From Lama guanicoe (Eukaryota), in contig MU053513.1 in NCBI GenBank assembly GCA_013239625.1, forward strand, positions 2,344,927 through 2,408,926: 64,000 nucleotides of DNA, written 5' to 3'. Shown piece by piece: positions 12,514 to 23,840 of this stretch. The notes under the pieces are model-generated. The model worked only from the letters and a program-made list of their open reading frames with translations. It ran no database searches and was not told the DNA's origin. The number at the start of each line of letters is the position of its first letter. The first letter of the stretch is position 1. The translations under genes were made by a program, and so were the position numbers.

Positions 12514-13844
12514 CTGGAAGGAGGAGCCGAAGGAGCCCATCAGCACAACACTGGCTTGGCCCGGCAGGCCCCTTCCTGGCTCAGAGGGCTGCCCTTCCTC
12601 TCTCTCCTCCCTCCCATGCCAGAGTACGTCCCTTATGCTATTACCTCATGTGCCCTGACATCCTCTTCCGAACTGGAGACAGGAAGCATTGGACAAGAAG
12701 GGAAGAAAGCTGGCATTGACCTGTCAAATACGGGGCTCTGGGCTTTACTGATATTAAAAGATCATACCGTCACATCAACCTACCAAGACTGCTGTCACCG
12801 CCATTTTGAGGATACGCAGGCTCAGAGATGTTCAAAAATTTGCCCAAAGATGCGTAACTAGCAAGTAAGGGAAGTCGTGGTTTCAAACCCAGGTCTTTGT
12901 GAATCCAGTTACACCAACGTTGAAGAAAAGACTGTACTGCAATTTGCTGCGACACTAGTTTTGATGCTCTTAACTCACCTTATTGAGAGTTAAGCCTGCA
13001 TCGGTCTTCTTGGATGCTGTACAAATGTGTTTATCCTAAATAGACGTCGTCTAAGAATCACATGAGCAAAGACAGCAAATTGTGACCCCCTCAGATGCCA
13101 TACTTTGAAATGACAATTAGGTTAGTTTCTTCCATTTTAAGGGGAGACTGCAAGGAATTAAGTTGGCCCATCTTCAGAAATGTAAAGAAAGCTTCAAGCC
13201 CATCGGTGAACACGTGCCCTGGGGGCGTCCTGGCCATGAAGTTGCCACCAGGGACAACGCCAATGACCACGGTCATTTCAACACCCTGAACCAACGACGT
13301 GCTCTCCGAACACATACTTTCTTATGAATTAAACATTTCCCTGTTCATGTTTAATGAGAAATAGCTCTTAGTTGCTGCTTGAAGGTAATGTAATTAAGGC
13401 CTGAGGCCAAGGCCAGCAAGTGCACAAGAAAATGACAGTCAAGAATGTTTTGAAGGAAAGTTGCTCTGTTAGATTTCCCCCTGAGCCTCAGCCTTTCTTC
13501 CATGATAACTTTGAGCCGGACACACTGGCTCCCTGCATGGTCTCAGGAAGTCAGATCCAATTTAGTGCTGCATATATTCAGTCTAGTATTTACTCTGGCA
13601 GTTTCCTGAGCCACAGCTTCACAACCAGACAGAGAGCACCTGAGGGTGGCCACCCTCTCTCACTACAGAGTGGCCAAGGGCACTAGCTCTGGGGGCTCAC
13701 AGCATGGGTCCAGCCTTGTCTCCACCACCTGTTGCGATGGGATCTTGGCAAGTCACTAACCTCCACATGTCTCAGTTTTCGCATCTTTCACTGAGGATAA
13801 TTAATGCCCCATTCCACTTCGGTAGAATTAAAATACACACAGTA

Positions 13845-13915
13845 TAAGATTGAGCCATTTGAAACTGCTAACATTTGATTTACAAAAGTCGCAATGACAT
13901 AGGGAGTTGAACCCA
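13845..13915. mobile_element. Degenerate MADE2-like mariner MITE
   Basis: aagattgagccatttgaaactgc...caaaagtcgcaatgacatag..gttgaacc resembles the short palindromic MADE2 consensus as recalled. Confidence 0.4.
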
Positions 13916-14309
13916 ATTTTTACCCTAGGACCTGGCATAGTGTCATTCATTCAGTGACAGCTGCAGTTGAGATTAGCAGGCAGAGTGGAGCGCATTGTAG
14001 ATATGCACTGAATCAGTGTGTACTGATCACTTTGGGTTAAAAATTGACACATGGGCTTATGAAATGGCAATTCTACCATCGCAAACCCTCATCATTCATT
14101 TAACACCCAATTACTCTTAGACGACATGCATTGCGCTGGGCAGTAAGAATGCGAATGGAGTGGAAAAATAGAGCCCCTCAAAATTTATACTTTAGTAGGG
14201 GACAGTGGGTCAGTAAAAATGTACAATAAAGTGTTACAGAATGGGGGTTCTGCCACAGCATTAGTAAGGGGGGCTGTTTAGAGCACAGCAAAGCTGGGGG
14301 CAACTTAGT

Positions 14310-14545
14310 TAATATTTTTGGATGCTCTCTCTGGGCCACACCCTGTTCTGAGCTTTTTTAATAACTGCATTAATTCTTCAAATAACCCTATGAGAAAGAT
14401 ACTATACTATCACCCCTGTTTCACTAATGAGAATACTGAGGGGTAGAAAAGTGAAGGAACTTGCTCAAGACCATCCAGTTAGGAAGTGGCAGAGCTGGGA
14501 ATTGAACCCAGGAAACCTGACTGCAGAGTTGATGGGATTACCCAT
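14310..14545 (-). mobile_element. MIR SINE, partly duplicated at about 15580-15724
   Basis: aaccctatgaga...aacttgctcaag...aagtggcagagctgggaattgaacccagg. Confidence 0.75.
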
Positions 14546-15737
14546 TATGGATTGGAGTGAGGTATATTAAACAGAAGAAGTGGCATGGGATGCTCGCTTA
14601 ACTCACTGTCTGCCCTCTCTTCTCCCGCCCAGAATCTCAGGGATGCTGTTTCTTACTCAGGGTGGTGTTGTTGCTCTTAGGACGTGGGGCTGCAGGGTGC
14701 AGGGAAGTGGGGAGGGTCTTCTATCCAATTTGTCCGGACCCTGAGGCCCATTCACAATGGGCTCGTCCAACTACAGCCTTAAGTTTAATGATGGTGAAAT
14801 GTGGATAAGACCAAACCTTCCCTTTGAGGAACAGCCACATTACAGATGCCCAGAAAGGGGCTCCTACCCCCCGCTCAAGAAACTGCTGGAATATGGAGTA
14901 GGGAGGCCTTCTGAGTCCCCTGGGTGTACTCCTGTGGGTGAGGGGCAATTTCATCGGCCAAAGGATGGAGGAAATTCTTAATTTTTCTTTTCCTGATTTT
15001 ACCTGCACATCCCGTACAGAAAAGATGAAGAGGAAAAATTCAACAATGATCTATTTAATGAGAGGGTTCCTACTAGGTGTTAGGCACTGAGCTTGGCGAT
15101 GTAGATAAAAAGGCAGATAAGACCTAGGCCTCCTTCTCAGGAGGCAGACAGTCTAGGGGGTGCAATGACAGGGCCGTGCTAGGCGCTATAATACACTCAG
15201 GCCCAGGAGCCATGGGACCAAAGATGAGGGAACACCTGGGCCTGTCTAGAAGAGCTAGAGAGGTGGGAGGAAAGACAGGAAAGGACTGTGTGATGGAGAC
15301 CAACAGATGAGTTCATTTGTAAAAGGAGGGAGTGGTCAACGGTCTCATTAAGATACAAAAGGACAGGTGAAACCAGACTTGGCAAGTGTTCTTTGCATTT
15401 GCTAACTTCAACCAGAATAGTCTCTGTTGAACAAAGGTGACAGAGTCTGACTGTGGCTGGACAGGAAGAAGCAGAGGCTGACGCTTGGCTGCAAAGGGCT
15501 GGTGGAGGGTTAATGGGGGAGCCGGGCAGATCTGCAGGATGGACTTTGACACTTAGGCACACAGGAAGAGTAGTCAATTTACTAGTATTTTTGGATGTCC
15601 TCTACATGTCAGGCACTATTCTGAGTTTTAAAAATAATTGTGTTAATCTTTAAATAACTCTATGAGAAGGATACTAGATTATCACCCCTGTTTTATTAAT
15701 GAGACTATTGAGGGGGTAGAAAAGCAACCTGATTTGT

Positions 15738-15788
15738 TAGGGGTTGTTTGGGTTTTAGCACTGAAAGTCCTGCATCCTGGGAAACCTC
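15738..15788 (+). mobile_element. MER81-like hAT fragment
   Basis: ggttttagcactgaaagtcctgcatcctggaaacc matches the recalled MER81 consensus. Confidence 0.55.
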
Positions 15789-17489
15789 TGCTTATTTAGA
15801 AGCCCACTTAAAAAATTCCTGCAAAGATGACAGGGTCATCTGCAAATAACATGCTATTTACTAAATGATGATTAGGGTCAGGAGACCAAGAGTCTAAAGC
15901 AGACTTTATCACAAATCAGGTGCTTAACTTTCTCACCCATAAAACAAAGAGAGGGCCAACTAGATACTTGTGGCCAGACGACATTCATTTGTTCATCCAT
16001 TTAAAAGGCATTTATTGAGCACTTAATACACCCTTGAGGTGCTGTGTAACTCAGTACATCTGTTTAATAAGGTCACCTTGTAAGATTTCATTCCACTGGA
16101 CCCGAAGGCCATTGGAACCTGCTTTTTCTCATCAGACTCACCTAAAACTACCATCCTGAATTTTCCAGTTTGATTTATAATTTCAGGACGTTGTGCTCAT
16201 TTTTACTGGGGAAAACGTTCTAAAGAAAGATCCCAGCATCCCTTTCCCCAATAACTAATTATTCTGCTGCAATTCTCAAAGCACAGGCTGCCTGACGGTT
16301 GAAAGTCGTAGCACCTCTGGAGATTCCAAGGTCTTCTTTCTCCCTCTCTCTCCCTCTCTCCCCCTCTCTCCCTCTTTCTCCTATGCCTACGTGAGGCCAG
16401 ATGAAAACCCTTTCAGGGGAGGCCAAGGCTCCTGACAATGCTGTACTAACCCTCTGTGATTACAGGGTACCACTAGAACAGACTGGGGTCCACCCAGTCC
16501 CAGAAAGCCCTCCCTCATGATTCCTGCCCCCTCTGCCTTATTAGCTCTGAGGTATTGATTACCCCGAGCACCAATACCCTCTCTTTGAGTTGTACAAATG
16601 CACCAAACAATGAAAAAGGTCTAAGTCTGAATGATGCCTTAAGTGCCTTTTGGTAAGCGGTGCCAATAAAGTGACAATAGCTGTTCTAAACATAATATTA
16701 CACTTCCCGCAGTTGAGATGAGCCCACACTGAAGGCTGAATCCCTTCCAAAGGAGGAAATGAAGTCTGTTTCCTGCATTCAGAGGGGCTAATGATAACTT
16801 GGGAGGCAGAATAACCAAAAATTATACAGGGTTCTCAGGATGCAATGCAGTCCTCTGAGACAGCCATGCACCTCCACGGTTCTGTACCATTATCATCCTT
16901 AGTGTCTTAATGATATGGGTGGAAATATTCATGCTTTGGTGATTCCTGGTGCAGCATTTATACGTTCTTCCCTTAAGCACTCAGATGCTGGGTTGACAAA
17001 TCACTCAGCAGAACGTGGGAAGGTGAACTTAGGGCTCTGGTAGCGGGCCTGGGAGACAAAACTGCACTGAGGATTTAAGAGGGGAGGTGGCTCCCAGTGA
17101 ATTCACTTTCTACCTCGGCTTCCCCTCTAGCCTACCTCGCACGCTGCTCAGCCTCCCTGATTCCTGGGGACGTTTTCCTGAGAGCCCCATTTGGTGGGGT
17201 GTTCCACCCTTTGGTAGGAAACATGGGCACCCGAATTAGGTCTCCAATCTTGGGAGTCTTGCTTGCTTCCTGACCCACGAAAAACACTCCATTACTGCTA
17301 ACTAGATGGATGGATTGATTAGTGAGTGAATGAAACTCAACCTCCAGGCTTCCCCGTCCTCTGAGGAAACCTCCATACATAAAAAGAAGACATAATGTGG
17401 GGCCCTAACCACCGATTTGCCTGCGGACCCCAGCCCTCTGCACTAATACCACGGAGAGAAGCAGGGGAGGGCACTGTGGAAGCCCCTGC

Positions 17490-17915
17490 CTGCAGAGAAG
17501 GCGCCGCGGCCTCGGCCTCAGGTCAGGCGCCGGGCCCAGGGAGATGGAATGGTCAGAGCCCAGGGCACTGCTTGGAATTAATGGCTGACTGGGAAAATGG
17601 CCCAGGACACAGTAAGGGCCATTAAACCCAGCCGGTTATTAATCCCCCGTAAGAGCTTGATGCCAAGGTCATTAGAGCTGTTGTGCGGTGAAAAATACCA
17701 GGGAAAATCTACCAGGCACGGGGGAGTTCCCCGCGCTCTCCAGGCCGCCGGTGCCCAGAGCCGCAGCCCAGGCCCAGGAGGCAGCGGGGGGCGGGGGGGG
17801 GGCGGCCGGGCTCTGCGGAGGGAGTGTGCACACACACTGCCGCGTGCACACACATCGCCGCCTGCCCGCACAGCGCTGCCTGCACGCACAGCGCCGCCTG
17901 CACGCACAGCGCTTA
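17490..17915. promoter_or_regulatory. Intronic CpG-rich patch with a G-tract and an 18-bp tandem repeat; candidate enhancer or alternative promoter
   Basis: ggcgccgcggcc at 17500, G-run at 17785-17810 and repeated gcctgcacgcacagcgc units. Confidence 0.5.
17824..17912. repeat. Minisatellite, five units of 18 bp (consensus about gccTGCACGCACAGCGCc)
   Basis: TGC cores start at 17827, 17845, 17863, 17881 and 17899, an exact 18-bp period. Confidence 0.9.
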
Positions 17916-18969
17916 CTCTTGGAAACAATTCTGCCGCCACTTTTGCTTTTGGATAACACGTGAGGCTTTGTCATCATCCAGGCTGCTAGGACAGTGGCTG
18001 CAACTTACTGGGGGCTCATGAATGTCTTAGAATATTCTAGAAGGTTTGAATGAGCCTCTCTTTCCACATACACCCCCACCCCCACTCTTGGAAACAAAAA
18101 CCCAAGTCAGGGAACAGGGGAGAATGACAACTTTCCTCACATCTTACTCCTTTGGGCCGTGGCGGCAGGAGCAACTCCTGCTTGAGAAAGCACACTCGCC
18201 CGGGGAATCTAGGTTTGATTTCTGTCACGGTCGGAAGAGCAAGAGCAGAAGGAATTCTCCCTGTGACCCAGCTGATGCCTCGTGAGCCTTTCTTAAAAGA
18301 ACAGACTGGCCCAAGTCAAATTAGACTTGACATCTAAAACACTCAGTGATGTCCTTGCAAACATTGGCAGCGTGGCGATCGCAGGCTTCACTTTTTAAAA
18401 TTCTGATTTATTGGGCAGAGAGAAAGGTACCTCAGAGCATAATGTCCATTAGCTCAGTAATGAGACCAGTCTTGCTCTGGGCTGTTGGGCTGGGGCAAAC
18501 ATAGATATATGAAATGGCTCCAGGTGTTTCAAGAATCTCTGCACTTTCCACAATGATGTTTTCCTGTAATTACTGGGCTTTTATTAAATGTCAGTCTCAG
18601 TTCAGCCTGACACTGGATATAAGCCACTCTGGGTTTTTAATATGATTCATTGGGAAAATGTTAATCTTCCAAGCTGCTCCTCTCCCTCCTATCTAATGAC
18701 AGCCCACTCATCAACCTTCACTGCCAAGAAGTCCTCCTCTGCTCCCAGCGCTGCTTTCCATGATGTCCGTCTACTGGCTGAATAACGAAGAAGGAACTCC
18801 TTGGGCAGGCGGTGGTACCGAGAGGTGTTTAAAATATGGCCTTTGGAGTCACTGGCTTTGAGCCTGCTTCTTCCACTCCTTAGGTGGACGACTGGGGGCA
18901 AAGTGGCTTAGGTTCTCTGAGCCCCAGTTTCTTCACCTGTGATCTGAATGAAGTCAATCTCAAAGAGAA

Positions 18970-19835
18970 GCTTTGCCTTTTCAATTAATGGTGAACTGCC
19001 TTTCCACCCAGTTGCTCAAGACGAAATTCAGGGATCATTCTTGACACTTCTTTCTCTACCCCTCCAACGCATCCAGTCCTATCGGATCTGTCCCCCACAG
19101 ATGTCCCAAGCCCTAGCACTTCTCACCATCCCTGCTGCCACCACCTTCATCGCCGCCACCATCATCTCTTTTTGGCTCCTACTGCACACTCTTAACCTAC
19201 ACCATTCTCTTCCTTCTCTATATTCCTGCCTCCACAAAGCTCCTGGGGTGACCTTTAATATGTAAATCAGATCAAGTCACTCACCCACTTAAATCCTCCA
19301 ATGGCTTCCTATTATACCAGGACTAAGAACCCAGAGTCTAAATCAGACTCTTTACCGTGGTCCTCAAGGTCTGTAGTTTCTATCTTGATCTCTTCAGCAT
19401 CATCTTGTACAGAGCTCTCTGTTAATCACAAGACCATTTTCCCATTTCCTGCTGTCTGATGTGATTTATATCAGCCATTCCTCCACCCAGGACATTCTTC
19501 TCCTGATCTTTGCGTGGTGCTGCCTTCACATTCTCCAGGTGTTACCTCAAAACACCTCCCCACGAAGACCTTCTCTGACCCCTCAATTTCCACCAACCTC
19601 CTTTACCATCTTCCATCACTCTCTCCCTTATCCAGGCTTATTTTTAAATTCATGCATCACCACCCAAAATAATCTTCATTATGGCTTGTGTGTTTACATG
19701 CTTATTGTCTTTCTCCCTTACTAGAATGTAAGCCCCCGGAAAGGTGGGGCTTTGTCTGGTTCATACTTTATCTTCAGTATCAAGAACAGTGCCTAGCGTA
19801 AAGAAAAAGTTCAATATTTTTGAATGAATGATTCA
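18970..19835 (+). mobile_element. L2 LINE 3' portion
   Basis: ccacccagttgctcaag...aatcagatcaagtcact...ctagaatgtaagc...cagtgcctagc...tgaatgaatga, a typical L2 3' end. Confidence 0.8.
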
Positions 19836-20089
19836 ATGATAAAGCATGTAGCATTTTCCACAGTGCCTGGCACAGCAAGAATATAAAAGAAATGTGCTTA
19901 TTGTATTTAAGTGTCACCATTCTGCTAGTAACCAGTCCTGGATATTCTCTGTTTGGGCGACTAAGTTGGTATTTGCTGAAGTGCAGTATTTGAATTTCCT
20001 GCATATGTCATAATCACCTTCAAAGAGAGGCTCAGGAAATCTCATTCATTTTTAAAATTTTTAATGGAATTGCATTCTATTTTTAAAAC

Positions 20090-21290
20090 GTCTTTTGACA
20101 GCTTTATTGTTATGTAATTTACATACCATAAAATTCACTAATTTTAAAGTAAATTCAATGATTTTTTTGGTATATTTACAGAGTTGTGCAACCTTCACCA
20201 TGATCTAATTTTAAAACACTTCTATCACCCTGAAAAGATGCACATCCTTGTCAGCACTTGTTATTTCTCGTCTTACTGATAACAGCTATTCCTGCAGGTA
20301 TAAGGCAATATCTCCGTGTGGTTTTGATTTGCGTTTCCCTCATAATCAGTCATGTTGAGCACCTTTTCGTGTACCTGTTGGCCATCTGAATGTCTTCTTT
20401 AGGAAAATGTCTATTCAGATCCTCTGCCCAATTTTTTCTTCCAGTTTTATTGAAATATAAGTGACATATAGCACTGTATAAATTTAAGGTGTAAGGCATA
20501 ATAATGATCTCTGCCTGTTTTTAACTGGATTGTTGTTACTTTGGTATTTGATTATATGAGTTCTTTATGTATTTTGGATATTAACCCCTTATCAGATATA
20601 TGATTTACGGATATTTTCTCCCATTTGGTAGGTTGCTGTCTCATTTTGTTCACAGTTTCCTTTACTGTGAGGAAGCTTTTTAGTTTGATGGAATCCCACT
20701 TGCTTATTTTTGCTTTTGTTGCTTTTGCTTTTGGAGTCAGATTCAAAAAAAAAAAATCATCACCAAGACCTATGTTTTCTTCTAGGAGTTTTATGGCTTC
20801 AGGTTTAATGTTCAAGTCTTCAATGTACTTTGAGTTAATTTTTGTGTATGGTGAAGATAGTTGTCTAGTTTCATTCTTTTGCATGTGGCTGTTGAGTTTT
20901 CTCAACACCATGTATTGAAGGGGTTGTCCTTTCCCCACATCATATTGTTAGTTCCTTTGGTATAAATTAATAGATCATAAATACAAGGATCTATTTCTGA
21001 GCTCTCCATCCTGTTTCACTGATCTATGTGTCTGTTTTTATGCCAATACCATACTGTTTGATTACTATAGCTTTGTAATGTAGTTTGAAATCAGAGTGTG
21101 AGACTTCCATTTTGTTCTTCTTTCTCAAAATTGCTTTGGCGTTTTGGAGTCTCTTGTAGTCCCATACAAATCTCAGAAATATTTCTTTCTATTTCTGTGC
21201 AAAATGTCATTGCAATTTTCATTGTAGTTTAGATTTGCATTTTCCTAATTACTAATAATGTTGAGTATCTCTTCATGATCTTATTTATGC
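20090..21290 (-). mobile_element. Nested old L1 fragments (L1MA/L1MB-like ORF2 and 3' ends)
   Basis: ORF 20552..20938(-) includes [28 protein letters not shown]...WEKI, decayed ORF2; separate 3'-end pieces at about 20090-20240 and 20432-20505. Confidence 0.85.
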
Positions 21291-21584
21291 CATTAGTTTT
21301 CAGATTTCGAATTCCATCTATTGCACCCCATCTCCACCCCAAATAAGTTCCAACAAGGGTAGGTGATTGTATTGAGCTCTAAGTCAATATTCTGTTGACT
21401 TTTGCAGGATTCTTTTATGTTCAGGACCCACAAGCCAGAGGAAGGTGCATGGTCAATGTGTATGAAGAACAGAAAGAAAGAGGGGCCATTGAATCAACAC
21501 CTTCAAGTCAGAAGAGGTAAATCCAAAGTGAAAAATTAGGTGAGCAGTGGCTGGGACGTATTTTTATATTTAAACCACATTTTG

Positions 21585-22323
21585 TAAAAATAGGACTACC
21601 ATTTGATCCAGCAATCCCACTTCTGAATATACATATGAAGGAAGCAATCAGTATTTTGGAGCGATGTCTACACTTTAATGTTCATTGCCATCTTATTCAT
21701 AGTAGCCAAGATATGGAAACACTCTAAGTGTCCATTGAAGGATGAATGGATAAAGAAAAATGATTAATAAAGAATACTATTCGACACACAAGGGAGAAGT
21801 ATTTAGCCCTAAAAAGAAGGAAATTCTGCCATTTATAATAACTTGGATGAATCTGGAGGGCATTATGCTAAGTAAGTTAAGCCAGATGGAGAAAGACAAA
21901 CACTAGGTGATCTCACTTAAATTTGGAATATATATTAAAAAAAAAAAGTTGAACCCATAGAAGGGACAGTAGAATGGTGGTTGCCAGGGGCTGGGGGCTC
22001 GGATAAGTGGCCAGATGTTGCTCAAAGAGTACAAAATTGTATTTATAAATTGAATAAGCTCTGGGGGTCTAATGTACAGCATGGTGACTACAGCTAATAT
22101 TACTGTATTGTATACTTGACATTTGCTGAGAGAATAGATCTTCAGTGTTCTCGACACACACTCACACACACAAAAGGTAATGTGAGGTGATAGATGTGTT
22201 AATTAATTTGATGTGGCAATCACTTCACAATGTATGTATATATCAAATCATCACATTATATATTTTAAAATATATACAATTTTATTTGTCCAATATACTG
22301 CAGTAAATCTGGGAAAGAAAAGA
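21585..22323 (+). mobile_element. 5'-truncated L1 (L1MA-like) 3' end with decayed TSD
   Basis: ccatttgatccagcaatcccacttctg...tggagggcattatgctaagt...3'UTR and A-rich tail; aaaccacattttg (21572-21584) versus aagccagattttg (22324-22336). Confidence 0.85.
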
Positions 22324-22442
22324 AAGCCAGATTTTGATAATTAAAGTTAGAAAATTTACTTTACCTAGTCATATTACATTGAAATGAGTTTTGCAGAATT
22401 ATGAAATAGAATCACTGGCAGAAATCTCAGAGATGACCTAGC

Positions 22443-22625
22443 CAGGTAATTCTCACAGTGTGGTTCCTCAACCAGCAGCAACAACAAAGTCTAGAAACTT
22501 CCTAAATGTGAATTCTCACCCCCCACCCTAGGCCTGCTGAATCAGATGCTCTGAGGGGTGGCCGACAATCTGCATTTTAGCAACATGGGTAATTCTGATG
22601 CATCCTCAAGGTGGAGAATGCCTGG
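22443..22625. mobile_element. MER5A hAT-Charlie MITE
   Basis: ttctcacagtgtggt...accagcagca...ctgctgaatcaga...aatctgcattttagcaa...taattctgatgca...gagaa. Confidence 0.75.
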
Positions 22626-23085
22626 ACCGGGAGAGTACTCTCATTTTATAGAGAAAGAAACTGAAACTCAGGACATAATGTGATTTGCTCAAGGTCACAC
22701 ACAAAGGGCAAAGCCTGGGATGAACCGCAGGTCTCCCCGCTCCTCCAAATCTAAGAAAATCCGCCCATGAGGACTCATTGAAAAGGAATCACGAATTAAT
22801 AGTTTTCTTAAGATGGTACCTAAAAATGGAAGTAGTGTGGTGGAGACAGATGAATAAGAAAGAACGTCCCTTATCTGACATGCTGCCCTCAGCAGGGCTG
22901 CCTGCCTCTGATTTGGAAGGAGGGACCAGGAAGAGCTGGAGGGCGTCTAGACCCCCATGACGGAGGGGAGGGGGGACGCTGACTCCTGTGTGTGCCTGGG
23001 GGCTGCTCCTGCCGCAGAAGTTGGGCCACGGGGCTTCTCTCCAGCACAGCCTCTCAGAGGCGTGGCCAGCCAGGACCTTGCTATC

Positions 23086-23543
23086 TGTTGTGGGTTGATC
23101 TGTGACTCCTGGAATACATACGTTAAAGTCCTAAACCCCAGTACCTGTGAATGGGACCTTATTTGGAAAAAAAGGAAATTTTTGGATGTAATTAAGATGC
23201 AAATCAAGACGAGGCCATGCTAGATTAGGGTGGGTCCAAAATCCAGTCACCGGTGTCCTTATAAGAGATCAGAGCACAGGGACACCCAGGGAGAGCATCG
23301 CATAACGATGAGGCGGAGACTGGAGTGATGCATCTACTGGCCAAGTACAGTGGGGACAGCCGGCAACCACCAGAAGCTGGAAGACGCTGGGATGGCTTCT
23401 TCAAGGTCTTGGAGGCAGCACAGCCCTGCCAAAACCTTGATTTTAGACTTCTAGCCTCCAGAACTGTGAGAGAGTAAACTCCTGGTGTTTTAAGATACCC
23501 AGTTTGTCGTCATTTGTTTTGGCAGCTCTAGGAAACCGATACA
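23086..23543 (+). mobile_element. MaLR solo LTR (MLT1C/B-like)
   Basis: TG...CA termini; gtcctaaaccccagtacctgtgaatgggaccttatttggaaa and gacttctagcctccagaactgtgaga are characteristic MLT1 motifs. Confidence 0.85.
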
Positions 23544-23840
23544 CTGCCCCCTACAAGGTCTTCACTCTGCCTTCCACCCCCACCAGCTCCCCACCCAGCA
23601 AGACCCCTTCCCGGCCTTGCAGCTTTCACGCTGACAGCTCACTTCCTGCATGGCTGCCAGAGGGAGATTTTAAAGCATAAAGCACCCACTCCCGGACCTC
23701 GCTAGAAGAATACAATCCAAATTCTTTACATGGCTGGAGTCTTGCTGACCTCGTGGCCCTCGACTCATTGCTTCATTCTCCAAGCCCCTCACCACCGATC
23801 TCCCTTCTGCTTCTGGGAGAGATTAGACATTCCTCCTTTT

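Noticed and set aside
12514..12546. N-terminal MLMGSFGSSFQ of ORF 12058..12546 as an alternative start
   Set aside because: It is the branch point and polypyrimidine tract of the acceptor read through in frame; no promoter evidence.
11731..12861. 376-aa plus-strand ORF overlapping the large exon
   Set aside because: Antisense shadow of a GC3-rich coding exon; non-ATG start, no recognisable domain, low-complexity flanks.
13642..13657. Perfect 16-bp palindrome gagggtggccaccctc (also the 14-bp tgatcaattgatca at 6813-6826)
   Set aside because: About one 16-bp palindrome is expected by chance in 64 kb (64000/4^8).
17824..17912. Periodic repeat considered as a CRISPR-like array
   Set aside because: Head-to-tail units with no unique spacers, in mammalian DNA with no cas genes.
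17578..18021. Six overlapping ORFs with repeated peptides (AVRAGG, HSAACT)
   Set aside because: Produced by the GC-rich 18-bp minisatellite, which lacks stop codons; no coding evidence.
20240..22323. Opposite-strand L1 pieces as one twin-primed (5'-inverted) insertion
   Set aside because: About 300 bp of unrelated sequence separates them, and the plus-strand piece has its own decayed TSD (21572-21584 and 22324-22336).
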